A DNA stretch of 64,000 bases from an uncultured virus (IMG/VR IMGVR_UViG_3300031952_000012) (IMGVR_UViG_3300031952_000012); one strand, 5' to 3'. Counted from the first letter of the stretch, positions 14,888 through 24,835 are shown. The notes: generated by a model from the sequence alone, not told the origin. Numbers and translations are program-made.

Positions 14888-17531
14888 AATTTATTTTTTT
14901 CAGGCTTCCCCACGACTCGCCGACCTCAACATCGACCACGAGCGGAACATTGAACGGGGTCTCCCAGCCTTGCATCACTTGCTTCACCTTTTCGATTGTC
15001 GACGGCACGAGGTCCTCTCGCACGTCGAGCATGATACTGTCGTGCACCGACAGAATCACTCTGACATCGGGCGCCAGTTTTTCTTCCTCGACCCAATTGA
15101 TCAATCTGACGAGCGACTGAACACAAAACTCGCTCGCGGTTCCCTGTACGGGTGTGTTCCACGAGGAACGCTCGGCGCTCCCTCGCGCCCAATCATCCGC
15201 TTGGTCTCCTATTTTTGAGAGCGGACGCCAGCGAGCTTTTCTCCCCTCCCACATCGTGTACGCGCCGCCGTACTTTTGCGCGTTCAAGAGGCAGTTTTTG
15301 ATCCACGCCGCCAGAACCTTGAAGCGCCCGAGAACCGCAGCCCGAATTCTCGCAGCCATTTTTGCGTCGCACCCAATTTTCTCAGCGAGTTGTTTGTCGT
15401 GTTGCCCATAGAGCAATCCGAAGTTGACGGCCTTGCACGCCTTGCGATGCGACTTCTCGACCTGCTCGGGTTTGATTCCCCAAACAAGCTCGGCGAGCAT
15501 TTGCGCTGTGCGAAGATGATAGTCAACGCCCTCGTCGAAGATCGCTCGCATCTCGGGGTCTCCTGACAGCATCGCTGCCACTCTCAATTCGAGTTGCGAA
15601 TAGTCGGCCGAGATCATCAAATTACCGGGCGACGCCACAAAAACGTTGCGCGACATGCTCGCCAAACTCGGGTCGTAGGTTTCTTTTTCGCCGCTCGGGA
15701 TGTTCTGAAGATTCGGGTCCGCCGAGCTCGTGCGACCCGTTCTTGCGCCGTCTGTGTGAAGCGTTGTGTGAATCCTATTGTCACCTCGAACGTGCGCAAG
15801 CATTCCTTCACAGCCAGTTTTACCAGCGGCGTAGGTGTTTCTCTGCTTATCCCAGTGACGCCACTCGAGTAGACTCTCGATGATTTCTTTCTTACCGTCC
15901 GCCGCGACCTTGAGCAATTCTTCAAGCGCCTCGTGATCTGTGCTAGCCGCACCGCCTTTGGTTGTGTACGGCACTTTCAATTTCATCTTTTTATAGAGCA
16001 ACTCTGAAACGTGATGCGACGAGGCGGGATTGAAATCGGGCCCAGTATGAGCAATCAATTTTCTGTGCGCGTCGGTCAGTTTGAGAATCAGCATCTCTTG
16101 ATACGAGAGGATGGCGTCTTTACTGACAGCGATTCCCCATTTTTCTAACTCTATGATTGGCTCAATTGTCGGACGAATAAGCCGATTCCAAACATAAAAA
16201 TTCTCCTCGGAGTCGGCGATATCTGTCTCGAACAAGTCGACTAGACGGTCCGTTGCGATTGCATCCGCCGCATTGTATCGCAGCAACACAGTCTGTGGAA
16301 TCAATGCGAACGCAAAACTCTTCGGGTCATCCGTTGACCTGATATCCTCCGCGACTGCCTTGTCGAGAATCAACATCGCTTTGTCGTAGCGCGGGGTCGC
16401 TTGTTTTGTGAGCTTGCATGTCTCGCCGTGAAAAGTCGCGTGCGCCACCTTGAGGCAAACATTGATATTCTTTTCAGCGTCGTCCAAATACTGTTCGGCT
16501 TCTTCTTTGTGACCGCCCATTCCGACGAGCTCGGCCATCGTTTTCAATCGTGTCTGTGCCTCGGGGTCCAGAATTTTTCGCATGAGACGAGCATCATAAA
16601 CAACACCTCGCAGACGAATTCCCAAACCGCACCACAACGCGTGCGCATCGCTCTTGATGTTTTGACCCACCTTGCGCGCGCAATCGTCTTCCAACAATTT
16701 CGCCAACTCTGCACATATCTCGGCATTTTTTAGAGACTCTCGATCCCAAACGTACGCGTAACTTTTTCCTCGAGGAACGCACGCGATGCTTAGCAATTCC
16801 AATTTTCGATACGGCACGCCCGACCATTCAGCATCTATCGACAGCCAGACAGCCGACCTCAAATCGTCCGCCGCTTCTTTCGATTCACTGACAGTTTGTA
16901 TGACTCGCGCTTCCGCATCGTAGGGCGGCAACTCGAATTGATGAGTCAATGCCCATTGCAAATCACTCTCAAAAAACTGAGAGATGAACCGATTTGAAAA
17001 AATCAACGAGGGGTCGAAGAACATCACGACGGGCGTTCTCGTCGACAAAAAAGCGAAGCCTCGCCGAACGCTCATCGTATCGACCGACCGACCGAGCAGA
17101 GAATAAATTGCATTCGCGCCCATCGCCAAAATCAAAGTCGGTTTAATCTCAGCGATGCTTGTCTGCATATATGCTCTGCACGCGTCAACATTCGTCGAAG
17201 AGATATCATTCAAAACCGAGGCACACCGCACAGCGAAATCAAAATAAATAGGGCCTTTCCAAATCTTACTTATCGTCGAGTAAAGAAAGGATATGGTTTT
17301 GTTGTTCGCGTTCACAGTCTGACTAAGCACTACCAGTAAAGCCTTCCCCGCTTTCTTTTCGTCGTAAGAAAAAGGTCGCTTAATCGGTGCGGTGTTTCTC
17401 TTACCGAGCGCGCATCTTTCGCAGCCTTCCTCTGTTGGAAAGGCAAACGTTGCAAATGGTAAGGCTACTACCTCGACGGCAGACTTGGGAATTTCTCCCG
17501 GCGAGGTATCGTACACCCTCAAGATTTTCAT
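14886..17531 (-). CDS. polA: Family A DNA polymerase with N-terminal degenerate UDG-like domain and 3'-5' exonuclease
   Basis: Exo motifs IDAE, QNIKSD, YNAAD; Pol motifs ADYSQLELR, KAVNFGLLYG, VHDS. Confidence 0.95.
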   Translation of the reverse strand: MKILRVYDTSPGEIPKSAVEVVALPFATFAFPTEEGCERCALGKRNTAPIKRPFSYDEKKAGKALLVVLSQTVNANNKTISFLYSTISKIWKGPIYFDFAVRCASVLNDISSTNVDACRAYMQTSIAEIKPTLILAMGANAIYSLLGRSVDTMSVRRGFAFLSTRTPVVMFFDPSLIFSNRFISQFFESDLQWALTHQFELPPYDAEARVIQTVSESKEAADDLRSAVWLSIDAEWSGVPYRKLELLSIACVPRGKSYAYVWDRESLKNAEICAELAKLLEDDCARKVGQNIKSDAHALWCGLGIRLRGVVYDARLMRKILDPEAQTRLKTMAELVGMGGHKEEAEQYLDDAEKNINVCLKVAHATFHGETCKLTKQATPRYDKAMLILDKAVAEDIRSTDDPKSFAFALIPQTVLLRYNAADAIATDRLVDLFETDIADSEENFYVWNRLIRPTIEPIIELEKWGIAVSKDAILSYQEMLILKLTDAHRKLIAHTGPDFNPASSHHVSELLYKKMKLKVPYTTKGGAASTDHEALEELLKVAADGKKEIIESLLEWRHWDKQRNTYAAGKTGCEGMLAHVRGDNRIHTTLHTDGARTGRTSSADPNLQNIPSGEKETYDPSLASMSRNVFVASPGNLMISADYSQLELRVAAMLSGDPEMRAIFDEGVDYHLRTAQMLAELVWGIKPEQVEKSHRKACKAVNFGLLYGQHDKQLAEKIGCDAKMAARIRAAVLGRFKVLAAWIKNCLLNAQKYGGAYTMWEGRKARWRPLSKIGDQADDWARGSAERSSWNTPVQGTASEFCVQSLVRLINWVEEEKLAPDVRVILSVHDSIMLDVREDLVPSTIEKVKQVMQGWETPFNVPLVVDVEVGESWGSLKKIN

Positions 17532-18157
17532 TTTGTTCCCGCAGGAATTACCGCCATAATCGCCATCGCTCTCGTGCGAACTGTCTCTTCAAAACTCATA
17601 CTGGGAGTTCTATTCAGAATTGGGATCTGCTCTCGATATTCTTTGCAGAGATCATAGATGTCATCCTCTCGATTGATGCCTAACGCGACGAGGTGTTTTA
17701 TCAGGTGTCCGATTGACGAGAAAGCCGAAAGCTCGTCGACTGTTGGTTTTCGTTTTGCTCCATTTGGTTTTGCATTCGCGCCGAAGTCGAAATCGGTAAT
17801 GTCTGGTTGCGGTTTCGTGTTGATGGCCGGCGCTTCGATGGGCTCCTCGATTTTTCTAGGCGCGGGTTCTTCGTTTTCTTCAAAGTCATCATCGACGGGC
17901 TCTTCGTCTTCATGGTCGTAGTTACAAACATCTTTTTTAGGGGCTACTTTCACAGCAGGTGCAACGGGCGCAACCTTTGGTTTCTCGGTAGGCTTCTGAA
18001 CCGGCGCGGCCTTCACAACCGCTTTCACTTCTTCTTTAACAGGCGGTGAATTACCATAGCGAGACATCACCGTGTCGATGAATTTCAATGCCTCATCGCT
18101 CGTGTTAATTCCAATCACCTTGATTTCAATATCTCGAATCTTCACTGTTACGATCAT
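17528..18157 (-). CDS. Hypothetical protein with low-complexity linker
   Basis: 209 aa, ATGA-coupled at both ends. Confidence 0.75.
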   Translation of the reverse strand: MIVTVKIRDIEIKVIGINTSDEALKFIDTVMSRYGNSPPVKEEVKAVVKAAPVQKPTEKPKVAPVAPAVKVAPKKDVCNYDHEDEEPVDDDFEENEEPAPRKIEEPIEAPAINTKPQPDITDFDFGANAKPNGAKRKPTVDELSAFSSIGHLIKHLVALGINREDDIYDLCKEYREQIPILNRTPSMSFEETVRTRAMAIMAVIPAGTK

Positions 18158-18378
18158 TTTGGTGTATCTCCCTTTATGTATAATCCGATTTTAATGGCCC
18201 ACCATTCTGTCACTCTTAAAACTCCCTGGTCACCGTGCCCTTGTACTTCAGAGTCAGCCAGAATCTGACTCTTGGGCACCCAGTGATCTTCGCCGGCGAT
18301 ATTACAAAGCACCGCCTTCTCGGTCTCATGCAAAGTCAACACGTCCTCGAACTCGACACCAACGATTTCATCTATCAT
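18154..18378 (-). CDS. Small conserved phage protein (ETEKA...WVPKSQI type)
   Basis: Recognisable motif; ATGA overlap. Confidence 0.75.
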   Translation of the reverse strand: MIDEIVGVEFEDVLTLHETEKAVLCNIAGEDHWVPKSQILADSEVQGHGDQGVLRVTEWWAIKIGLYIKGDTPK

Positions 18379-18384
18379 TGACCC

Positions 18385-18627
18385 CTACTTTCGCCGAATC
18401 CGCTCAAGAGCGAACCCGCCCGTTCTGCCCGAGACTTTCACGACGGGTTGGTCGTGCCCTAAAATCCACGCTTCGCTGGCTGTCTTTGTCGATGTTTTCG
18501 ACCCGTCATCTTCGATCAACCAGATTTCGGTTCCGATTGGGCTCAACTCATTCCAAACAGAAACCTGCTCCCAAACATCGATCATTCTTTTTAGTCTCTC
18601 TCGAGACCGCACGTAATGTGAAACCAT
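18385..18627 (-). CDS. Small hypothetical protein
   Basis: 80 aa; GAGG SD. Confidence 0.7.
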   Translation of the reverse strand: MVSHYVRSRERLKRMIDVWEQVSVWNELSPIGTEIWLIEDDGSKTSTKTASEAWILGHDQPVVKVSGRTGGFALERIRRK

Positions 18628-18635
18628 TTAAAACC

Positions 18636-19505
18636 TCAAAATGCGACTGCCTCCATCATCGACAACGACTCTATGCCCGCCATCATCAAATCTTCCCGGT
18701 AAACTTCATCCGGGTCGATCTTGGGCGGCAATCGAATCGCCCCAACCGTTGCGCCTGTCAATCTCAATCTCAGCGAAAGAGCTTCTCCCTCTCGCCATGC
18801 GTCGCCGTCGAGCACGCTAACGAGGGGTCGATTCGAGAGCGCAAGCATGTTTTCCTGAATAACACTTGGCTTGCCAAGCACAGCCACAGCGTTAGGCCAA
18901 AGAGCAAGAGCATCGAAAACTCCCTCGACAACGAACAGCGGAACATCTGTTTCCACGAGCAGTGCAGCCTCATTAAATAGAGCCGACGCTCGCCACGAAC
19001 CGACGGGGTAAAGATATTTTTTCTGAACCTTCTTCGACCATGCGCGACTGACCCAACCAAGCAAAATGCCTCGAGCCGATAGAACAGGAACTACGATTCT
19101 TCCTCTGTATCGACCCTCTACGCACGCCCCAACATGAGCCTGCTTTATCACACTAGGTGAAATATTTCGCCAAGCTAAATAAGCTCTCGCCGCACTTGTT
19201 GAGAATGCCGACTTTCCAGGCTCCTCTGAGAGCGATAGAAACTCATCGGGCAATTGCATAGCGCTTTTGGGTTGTTCGATAATCTCAGCATCTTCTTCAA
19301 AATCTTTGAGCATCCCGCTGATAGAGCAACGATGGCATTTGAACCCGCCGTGAGTTCTCGAGATTGCAAACGATGGGCTCTTCCTGCCCGTCGAACAAAA
19401 CGGGCAATGGGTCTTGACCCACTCGCCGCTTCCCCTTGCTGTATTCAGTGCCGCTAAAACAAGCTCATCCCTCTCTCGCCGCGAATATTCCCTCTGAAAA
19501 AACAT
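18636..19505 (-). CDS. dnaG: DNA primase (Zn finger plus TOPRIM)
   Basis: CPFC...CHRC, GRIVVP, KYL, VEGVFD, LDGD. Confidence 0.9.
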   Translation of the reverse strand: MFFQREYSRRERDELVLAALNTARGSGEWVKTHCPFCSTGRKSPSFAISRTHGGFKCHRCSISGMLKDFEEDAEIIEQPKSAMQLPDEFLSLSEEPGKSAFSTSAARAYLAWRNISPSVIKQAHVGACVEGRYRGRIVVPVLSARGILLGWVSRAWSKKVQKKYLYPVGSWRASALFNEAALLVETDVPLFVVEGVFDALALWPNAVAVLGKPSVIQENMLALSNRPLVSVLDGDAWREGEALSLRLRLTGATVGAIRLPPKIDPDEVYREDLMMAGIESLSMMEAVAF

Positions 19506-19534
19506 TCACGCCCCCGCGTATTTTTTTTTGTTGG

Positions 19535-20929
19535 TCACCATTCATTCGGACACATGCGTCCATACTCAAATTCTGTTGGGATAGGCCCAACCGAAACACC
19601 ACTTCGGCCCATTCTGAATTTCACAATATTGTAAGTGCATTCCTTGAAGCCGCTGAACTCGTCCGTTTTACAATTAAGAGTGACTGCGAGATCTGCGATG
19701 CGCACTTTCTCTTGTGAGTCTGCCGCTTCGTCGATCGTGCGCAATTCGTGTTTGCTCAGTTTGTGTTTTCGTTGTGCTTGCGATGCCGTCCAGATCCAAA
19801 TATCAGCTTCCTTCGCCCAATTTGAGAGCGCCTGATAAACCAAGCCGGCCGCCTCGTACCGATTGATCTGCATTCGAGATACAGGCTTCAAAAGATCCGC
19901 GTAGTCGACGAGCACCAAATCGATCTTCCTTCCACTTCTCTCTTCACATTGCGTGACCCATTCTCGCAATTGCGGAACCGTCGTTGAGCCAGGATCAAAA
20001 TACTCTACGTGTAACATACCGTTTAACTTCTGTGCTTCGAGTTTTTGCAGAACTTCACAATGTGTCGTAGGTTCTGATGCCTGAATTTTGCTCTCTAGCA
20101 CGCCCGATAGGTTTGCAAAATATCGAGACATGACGAATGCCGAGTCGAGTTCGAGAGACGCAGTCGCAACGTTCAGCCCTCTGCGAATTCCATAGGTGCC
20201 GACATGCTCTAAAAAAATCGACTTACCCTCGCCGGCGCCGCCGATGACAACACCCATTGTTCTAAGCGGAAGCCCCCCACCGAGAGTGTCATCGAGTTCA
20301 CGAATTCCGGTTGACAATCGCATTGCATATTTTAGTTCTCGAATAGACTCGAGCGCTGCATGATCTAGGTTTCGCGTGCCGAATGAAAAAAACATACTTG
20401 AATCGGAAGACAATTCTTCGATGTTCGTAATTTGTTTCGCTACGTCTGTGAGTGTTTTGCCTTTAGAAATACAATCAAGACCTCGCATAAGTGCCTCTCG
20501 TCTGCCGCGTCGCTTGAGAATCGGGATGAGCTCTGCTAGCGTTTCGTCGATCTGTGGTCTGCGTTTCGCACTGAGAATGTCGAACCTGATGAGCATTGCG
20601 CAAAAATTTTCAAACTCTTCCTCCAGCAACTTCCCGTCTGAAACCAACTCTCGCGCCCGCTGCATGGCCGAGTAAGTCATGCCAGGGCCAACCCCTTTTC
20701 GCTCTGCCGCGTGCATCTGAGCGACCTTCACACCCAGTTTACCATTGGGCGTTGACATCAAATCTGCCTCGAGCAAGTGCCCTACCTGCGCGAAAAACAC
20801 CTTCTTGTGACAGAGCAGGTAGACGACCGCGAGCTCGAACTCTTCGACGAAACCGTAAGGTTCAACTTTTCGTTTTTTCTCTAACCGCGCCGCATCTAGA
20901 CTGACAACATTACTCGGCACCTCGCTCAT
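19535..20929 (-). CDS. dnaB: DnaB-like replicative helicase
   Basis: STGIRELDD.LGGG, GGAGEGKS, SLE, VDYADL, TASQ, KFRMG; start MSEV at 20929. Confidence 0.9.
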   Translation of the reverse strand: MSEVPSNVVSLDAARLEKKRKVEPYGFVEEFELAVVYLLCHKKVFFAQVGHLLEADLMSTPNGKLGVKVAQMHAAERKGVGPGMTYSAMQRARELVSDGKLLEEEFENFCAMLIRFDILSAKRRPQIDETLAELIPILKRRGRREALMRGLDCISKGKTLTDVAKQITNIEELSSDSSMFFSFGTRNLDHAALESIRELKYAMRLSTGIRELDDTLGGGLPLRTMGVVIGGAGEGKSIFLEHVGTYGIRRGLNVATASLELDSAFVMSRYFANLSGVLESKIQASEPTTHCEVLQKLEAQKLNGMLHVEYFDPGSTTVPQLREWVTQCEERSGRKIDLVLVDYADLLKPVSRMQINRYEAAGLVYQALSNWAKEADIWIWTASQAQRKHKLSKHELRTIDEAADSQEKVRIADLAVTLNCKTDEFSGFKECTYNIVKFRMGRSGVSVGPIPTEFEYGRMCPNEW

Positions 20930-20958
20930 GCGTTCCCCCGTGATTTTTGCCTCACTGC

Positions 20959-20999
20959 TATACTTGTCCGGTTGCCTGATTTTTTTTCCAACTATTTTT
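20959..20999 (-). promoter_or_regulatory. Conserved 41-bp motif, copy 2
   Basis: Matches 14847-14887; upstream of helicase-primase-polymerase. Confidence 0.65.
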
Positions 21000-21032
21000 G
21001 TTTTTCTTCGTTTTTCACTCTCAAAAAAGTTT

Positions 21033-23114
21033 CTAGCCCCAAATCCAAGCGCGTCCGCCGGCCATATAGAACTTGATCGTTTCGCGAATTTTTTCGCGAT
21101 CTTTTTTCGCCTGCTCCAACATTTCCTCGAAAAGATGATTCGGGAAGAAAAATTCAATGACACTTTTTCTTTGCGTCGTGGATACCTGCGCGAGAATCTC
21201 TTGGAGCATCCAACAGCGAAGACTGAGAGCGTCGATCGAAGGCGCTCGGACTCTTCGCGGCGGCGCGAAAGCGCTCATCTCTCGCTCGCACCAATCAAAA
21301 TATTTTTCGACTCGAGTCGAGCTCAACAGAAAATTCAGAGGCGGTTGACTATCGCCGCGCCACTTGCCGAACGACCACTCGAACCAAACCATCGGCGCAA
21401 GGTCGTGCTTGCGCAAAACCGAGGCGAGCGTTACCGCCATCTGAAAATATTTCGATTTCTTGAGCGCCCCCTTCTTGGTCAGCGTAAGGCTCTGCTTGCC
21501 CATATGGCGCGTCGAAACCGCCCGATAGGCGCTCATGACAAGCTCGGCGTCTAAATCGCTGTCGTGCCCATCTGGGAGCGTTGGCGGGGGTGGTAACCAG
21601 ATCTCCAGCGATAGCGGAAGACTCGGCGTCGACACTTCGTCGGGAGAACTCGTCCACGTTTCCGGGAGCGCAACGAGCGCGGGGAGCGCCGGCCAATCTG
21701 TCGGCAACGGAACCAACGCGGCGAAATCGAGGCGCCCATCGCGTAAAATTTCGGCGCGCGGAACCCCTTTTTCATTGCTGGGAGCGGCGCGCAACCCCTT
21801 TTTTAAATCTGTGTTTGTCGCGCGCAAAACTTTTTCTTCATCTGCGCGCACCCGTGACGCTGACGCTTTTAGTCTCGAGGTGGTTTCGCTGGCGCGGGCG
21901 TCGTCGACTTCATCTCGAGTGGATTGAGATTCAATTGCTGTTTGGGGCTTCGCCCCATCGACTTGAGAGGGTTGCGTAGCAACCCGAGTAGGTCGATAAG
22001 CGATCAGAGTTTGGTTCTCGTCATCGTTGACGCTCTGAATCTGAACTAGGTTCTCGTTGAGATTCTCATCCTGATTTTTATCTCGAGATTGGGCTACGCC
22101 ATCTTTTTTGTCTCGAGAATATGGTTGAGGCGCAGCCTCACCGAACGCTTGCGAGGGTTGCGAAGCAACCTGAGAAAGGGGTCGGCAAGCGTCGAGAGTT
22201 TGGTTGAGATTTTTGGTCGTCACAAAAACCAGCGCCGCCGCCACGTTTGCGACCGCGCCAAACATCTCTTCTCTACTACTATTAGTAGAGAGAGATGTTA
22301 TAGCTCTTCTATTAGTTTCTAGATCTTCTATTTGGTACGTTGTTGATTCGGACCCTGTACGTAGTTGATTCGGGTTTGTTTCACAAACTGTGTTGTAGGT
22401 TTTTTGCTCAAAATTTGTAGAATTTATATCTTCAATGACCTTCGGCGAGGGTTCAAAATTCTCTAACATGGGCTGTCTTTCGCTGAAAATGGCGGCTCGA
22501 ATTTCATCAGAATCCTGGTCGGGAAAGTTCTTCAAAAAGTGGATCAAGAGATTCCGACGATCGGCAAATTGAGGCAAATTCTTGAGCGCTTCGATGCGCC
22601 CAGCCAAGGTCAACTTGGATCCCGCGCCTTGACGCGTTCCACCGTGATTAGATTTTTCTCGTAATTTCGTCTCGGCAGATTTTGGAATCTGAAAAACGCT
22701 GCGGTTGCAATTCTGTTCTGAATCGAATTTTGTAATCTCTTTGCCGTACACTCGTCGATAGTACACGTCATGATCTCCATGTTCTCGCCACCCGATATAG
22801 AGCTCATTCTCTAGATCGGCCGGCGCGGGGGTTAGAAGATCGAATTTTTTGAGTTTCTCGAAAGCCCAGGCAACCTCGCTGTGCGTCATGCCGAGCTTTC
22901 GAGCGGTGCCGTTGATCGAGCAATAAACGTAATGGATTTTTTTGCTGACCGAACCTTTGGCTTGGAGTCGCTGCAAGAATTTCCAGATACGAACCGTCTT
23001 CTTGCCGAGTCTATTCGAGAACAGTTGCGGGTCGACGAAGGCCGAACCGAAGATGTAACGCTCTTCTAAAATATTCTGTTGATCGTCTTGGTACGCGATG
23101 GTATATGCCGTCAT
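21033..23114 (-). CDS. Putative replication initiator / origin-binding protein
   Basis: N-terminal wHTH-like (SINGTARKLGM...AFEKLKK), HGGTRQGAG motif, long low-complexity linker; directly upstream of the helicase. Confidence 0.55.
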   Translation of the reverse strand: MTAYTIAYQDDQQNILEERYIFGSAFVDPQLFSNRLGKKTVRIWKFLQRLQAKGSVSKKIHYVYCSINGTARKLGMTHSEVAWAFEKLKKFDLLTPAPADLENELYIGWREHGDHDVYYRRVYGKEITKFDSEQNCNRSVFQIPKSAETKLREKSNHGGTRQGAGSKLTLAGRIEALKNLPQFADRRNLLIHFLKNFPDQDSDEIRAAIFSERQPMLENFEPSPKVIEDINSTNFEQKTYNTVCETNPNQLRTGSESTTYQIEDLETNRRAITSLSTNSSREEMFGAVANVAAALVFVTTKNLNQTLDACRPLSQVASQPSQAFGEAAPQPYSRDKKDGVAQSRDKNQDENLNENLVQIQSVNDDENQTLIAYRPTRVATQPSQVDGAKPQTAIESQSTRDEVDDARASETTSRLKASASRVRADEEKVLRATNTDLKKGLRAAPSNEKGVPRAEILRDGRLDFAALVPLPTDWPALPALVALPETWTSSPDEVSTPSLPLSLEIWLPPPPTLPDGHDSDLDAELVMSAYRAVSTRHMGKQSLTLTKKGALKKSKYFQMAVTLASVLRKHDLAPMVWFEWSFGKWRGDSQPPLNFLLSSTRVEKYFDWCEREMSAFAPPRRVRAPSIDALSLRCWMLQEILAQVSTTQRKSVIEFFFPNHLFEEMLEQAKKDREKIRETIKFYMAGGRAWIWG

Positions 23115-23172
23115 GTTGTATGCCTCATAAGGTTGTTCGCCTCATTGTTGTTCGCCTCATTGTTGTTCGCAT
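23111..23172 (-). repeat. About 3.8 tandem copies of a 15-bp repeat (sense ATGAGGCGAACAACA) encoding micro-ORFs
   Basis: Copies at 23114-28, 23131-45, 23146-60 and 23161-72. Confidence 0.85.
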
Positions 23173-23199
23173 AGATGTCTCCTAGAAGAGATGCCTCTG

Positions 23200-23241
23200 A
23201 TAAAAATTTTGCCCGTCCCATTCCTGGCGGGCATTTTTATT
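23200..23241. terminator. Bidirectional intrinsic terminator
   Basis: TGCCCG...CGGGCA stem flanked by ATAAAAAT and TTTTTAT. Confidence 0.7.
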
Positions 23242-23249
23242 GGGTCGGT

Positions 23250-23453
23250 TCATTTTTGTAAACGCTTTTCGGCATGGGCGAACGCCCCGCGGCGAGCCCG
23301 CCATCGGTCGACATCGATGAGGCCCTCCCCCGCGCCACCTTCTATCGAGTCGCAAACCCAGAGGTAGTGACCCGAGTCTAGCTGCACGATTCGATAGCCT
23401 GACGGCAGAGGTTTGCAGTGGGCGGGAAACCTTACATCATTCTGAAAGTTCAT
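23250..23453 (-). CDS. Small hypothetical protein
   Basis: 67 aa, ATGA-coupled to the SF2 helicase. Confidence 0.65.
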   Translation of the reverse strand: MNFQNDVRFPAHCKPLPSGYRIVQLDSGHYLWVCDSIEGGAGEGLIDVDRWRARRGAFAHAEKRLQK

Positions 23454-24835
23454 TCGACGATGCTCGTTTCGTGACCCTCGCCGATATAGGCTTTGAGTCG
23501 CTGTCTCGTGTGCCGTTCAAGCCATTTGTTGCCGACGTCATTGATATCCCAAACCTCGAACGTCTTCTTGTCGTCGGTGACGCGCATGCCCCGCCCGATG
23601 CGTTGCAGCGCCGAGATAATGCTCTTCCCGCCGCTCGCTATGACGACCGAGTTGAGTTCGGGAATGTCGACGCCTTCGTTAAAAATCACGCTCGCGATAA
23701 GCACATCAACATCGCCGTGAACCAAGCGATGGATCGCCGCCTTCCGCCTCTCGAGCTCGGACGCTCCCCAAACAAACTCGACGCTCATCCCCTCCGCGCG
23801 AATTTGTTTTTCGAGCGCTTTGCCGTGCTTAAGCTCTTTCACGAAAACAAGGCACGGCTTCAGCGCCTTCTTCGCTAGCTGTACGACTTTGGCGTTTCGC
23901 GCGCTCGACCTGACAACACACTCCCTGTAAACCTCAGACCAATTTTGCTTCATGGTAATCTGAGAGACAGTCGCGAGTCGAATCGTCGGGCGACTGAGCA
24001 CGCCCGCGTCGATGAGCAATTCCGGTTTGATTCGATAGAGCACGCTCCCGGTCGCGCCGATGACGAAGGCGCTTCGCTTGTCGCCTCGGGCGAGGGGCGT
24101 TCCGCTCATGGCAATCCTGAAAAACGCATTCGTCATTCGCATTGCCACGCAGTAGAAAGTGCCCGCCGGCAGAGTGTGGCCTTCATCGAAAATCACGCCC
24201 TCAATTCCCGAGAGCCACTCGGCGCATTTCGGGTCTGCGAGGCGCGCGTGCACCGTCTGAAACGTCGCGGCGGTAAAGCGCTCGGGAGCCCAAACGCCCT
24301 CGCCGATGCGCCCCGCTTTCTCGTTGCAGCGTTTCTCGAATCGCTCGGCCGCCTGGTCCATGAGATTCGTGCGATGCACCAGGAAGAGCCACCGAGCGGG
24401 AAACCTCAAAGTGAGCGCGACGGCCAGTTCCGTTTTTCCACTGCCCGTGGGAAGCCACAGAATGCCGCGCCCCATATTCGCCGGGTCGAACGGTTGCGAC
24501 TTGAACTTCTCCGCATCGAAAACCGAGTCAACTGCAGCGAGTTGATAGTCTCGCAGCCAACTGAGATCGGCTTTTCCCGCATCGAGATTCGGCCTCGCGC
24601 GTCGATCGAGATACTCAATCTTGACGCCTTCGTCGACCGCCGCCTGATGAATTTTCCCGATGAACCCGGTCGGGAATTTGTTCGATGCCGCCCCGACGAG
24701 CCGCAAAACTTCCACGTCGTACGAGCCGAATTTCCACGTCTTGATTCTCAATGTGAGGTAATCGCGCAGCCAATCGATCTCCTCTTCGTCGGAGCTTGTC
24801 ACGCGGGAGAACGAATTTGCGACTTCAATAATCAT
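23450..24835 (-). CDS. Superfamily 2 DNA helicase (UvsW/ResIII-like)
   Basis: LRDYQ, PTGSGKT, DEGH, MSGT, EGVDIP, QRIGRGMR. Confidence 0.92.
   Translation of the reverse strand: MIIEVANSFSRVTSSDEEEIDWLRDYLTLRIKTWKFGSYDVEVLRLVGAASNKFPTGFIGKIHQAAVDEGVKIEYLDRRARPNLDAGKADLSWLRDYQLAAVDSVFDAEKFKSQPFDPANMGRGILWLPTGSGKTELAVALTLRFPARWLFLVHRTNLMDQAAERFEKRCNEKAGRIGEGVWAPERFTAATFQTVHARLADPKCAEWLSGIEGVIFDEGHTLPAGTFYCVAMRMTNAFFRIAMSGTPLARGDKRSAFVIGATGSVLYRIKPELLIDAGVLSRPTIRLATVSQITMKQNWSEVYRECVVRSSARNAKVVQLAKKALKPCLVFVKELKHGKALEKQIRAEGMSVEFVWGASELERRKAAIHRLVHGDVDVLIASVIFNEGVDIPELNSVVIASGGKSIISALQRIGRGMRVTDDKKTFEVWDINDVGNKWLERHTRQRLKAYIGEGHETSIVE

Noticed and set aside
14886..17531. Intein or intron in the polymerase
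   Set aside because: Motif spacing is normal, with no splicing or homing-endonuclease motifs; the extra length is the UDG-like domain
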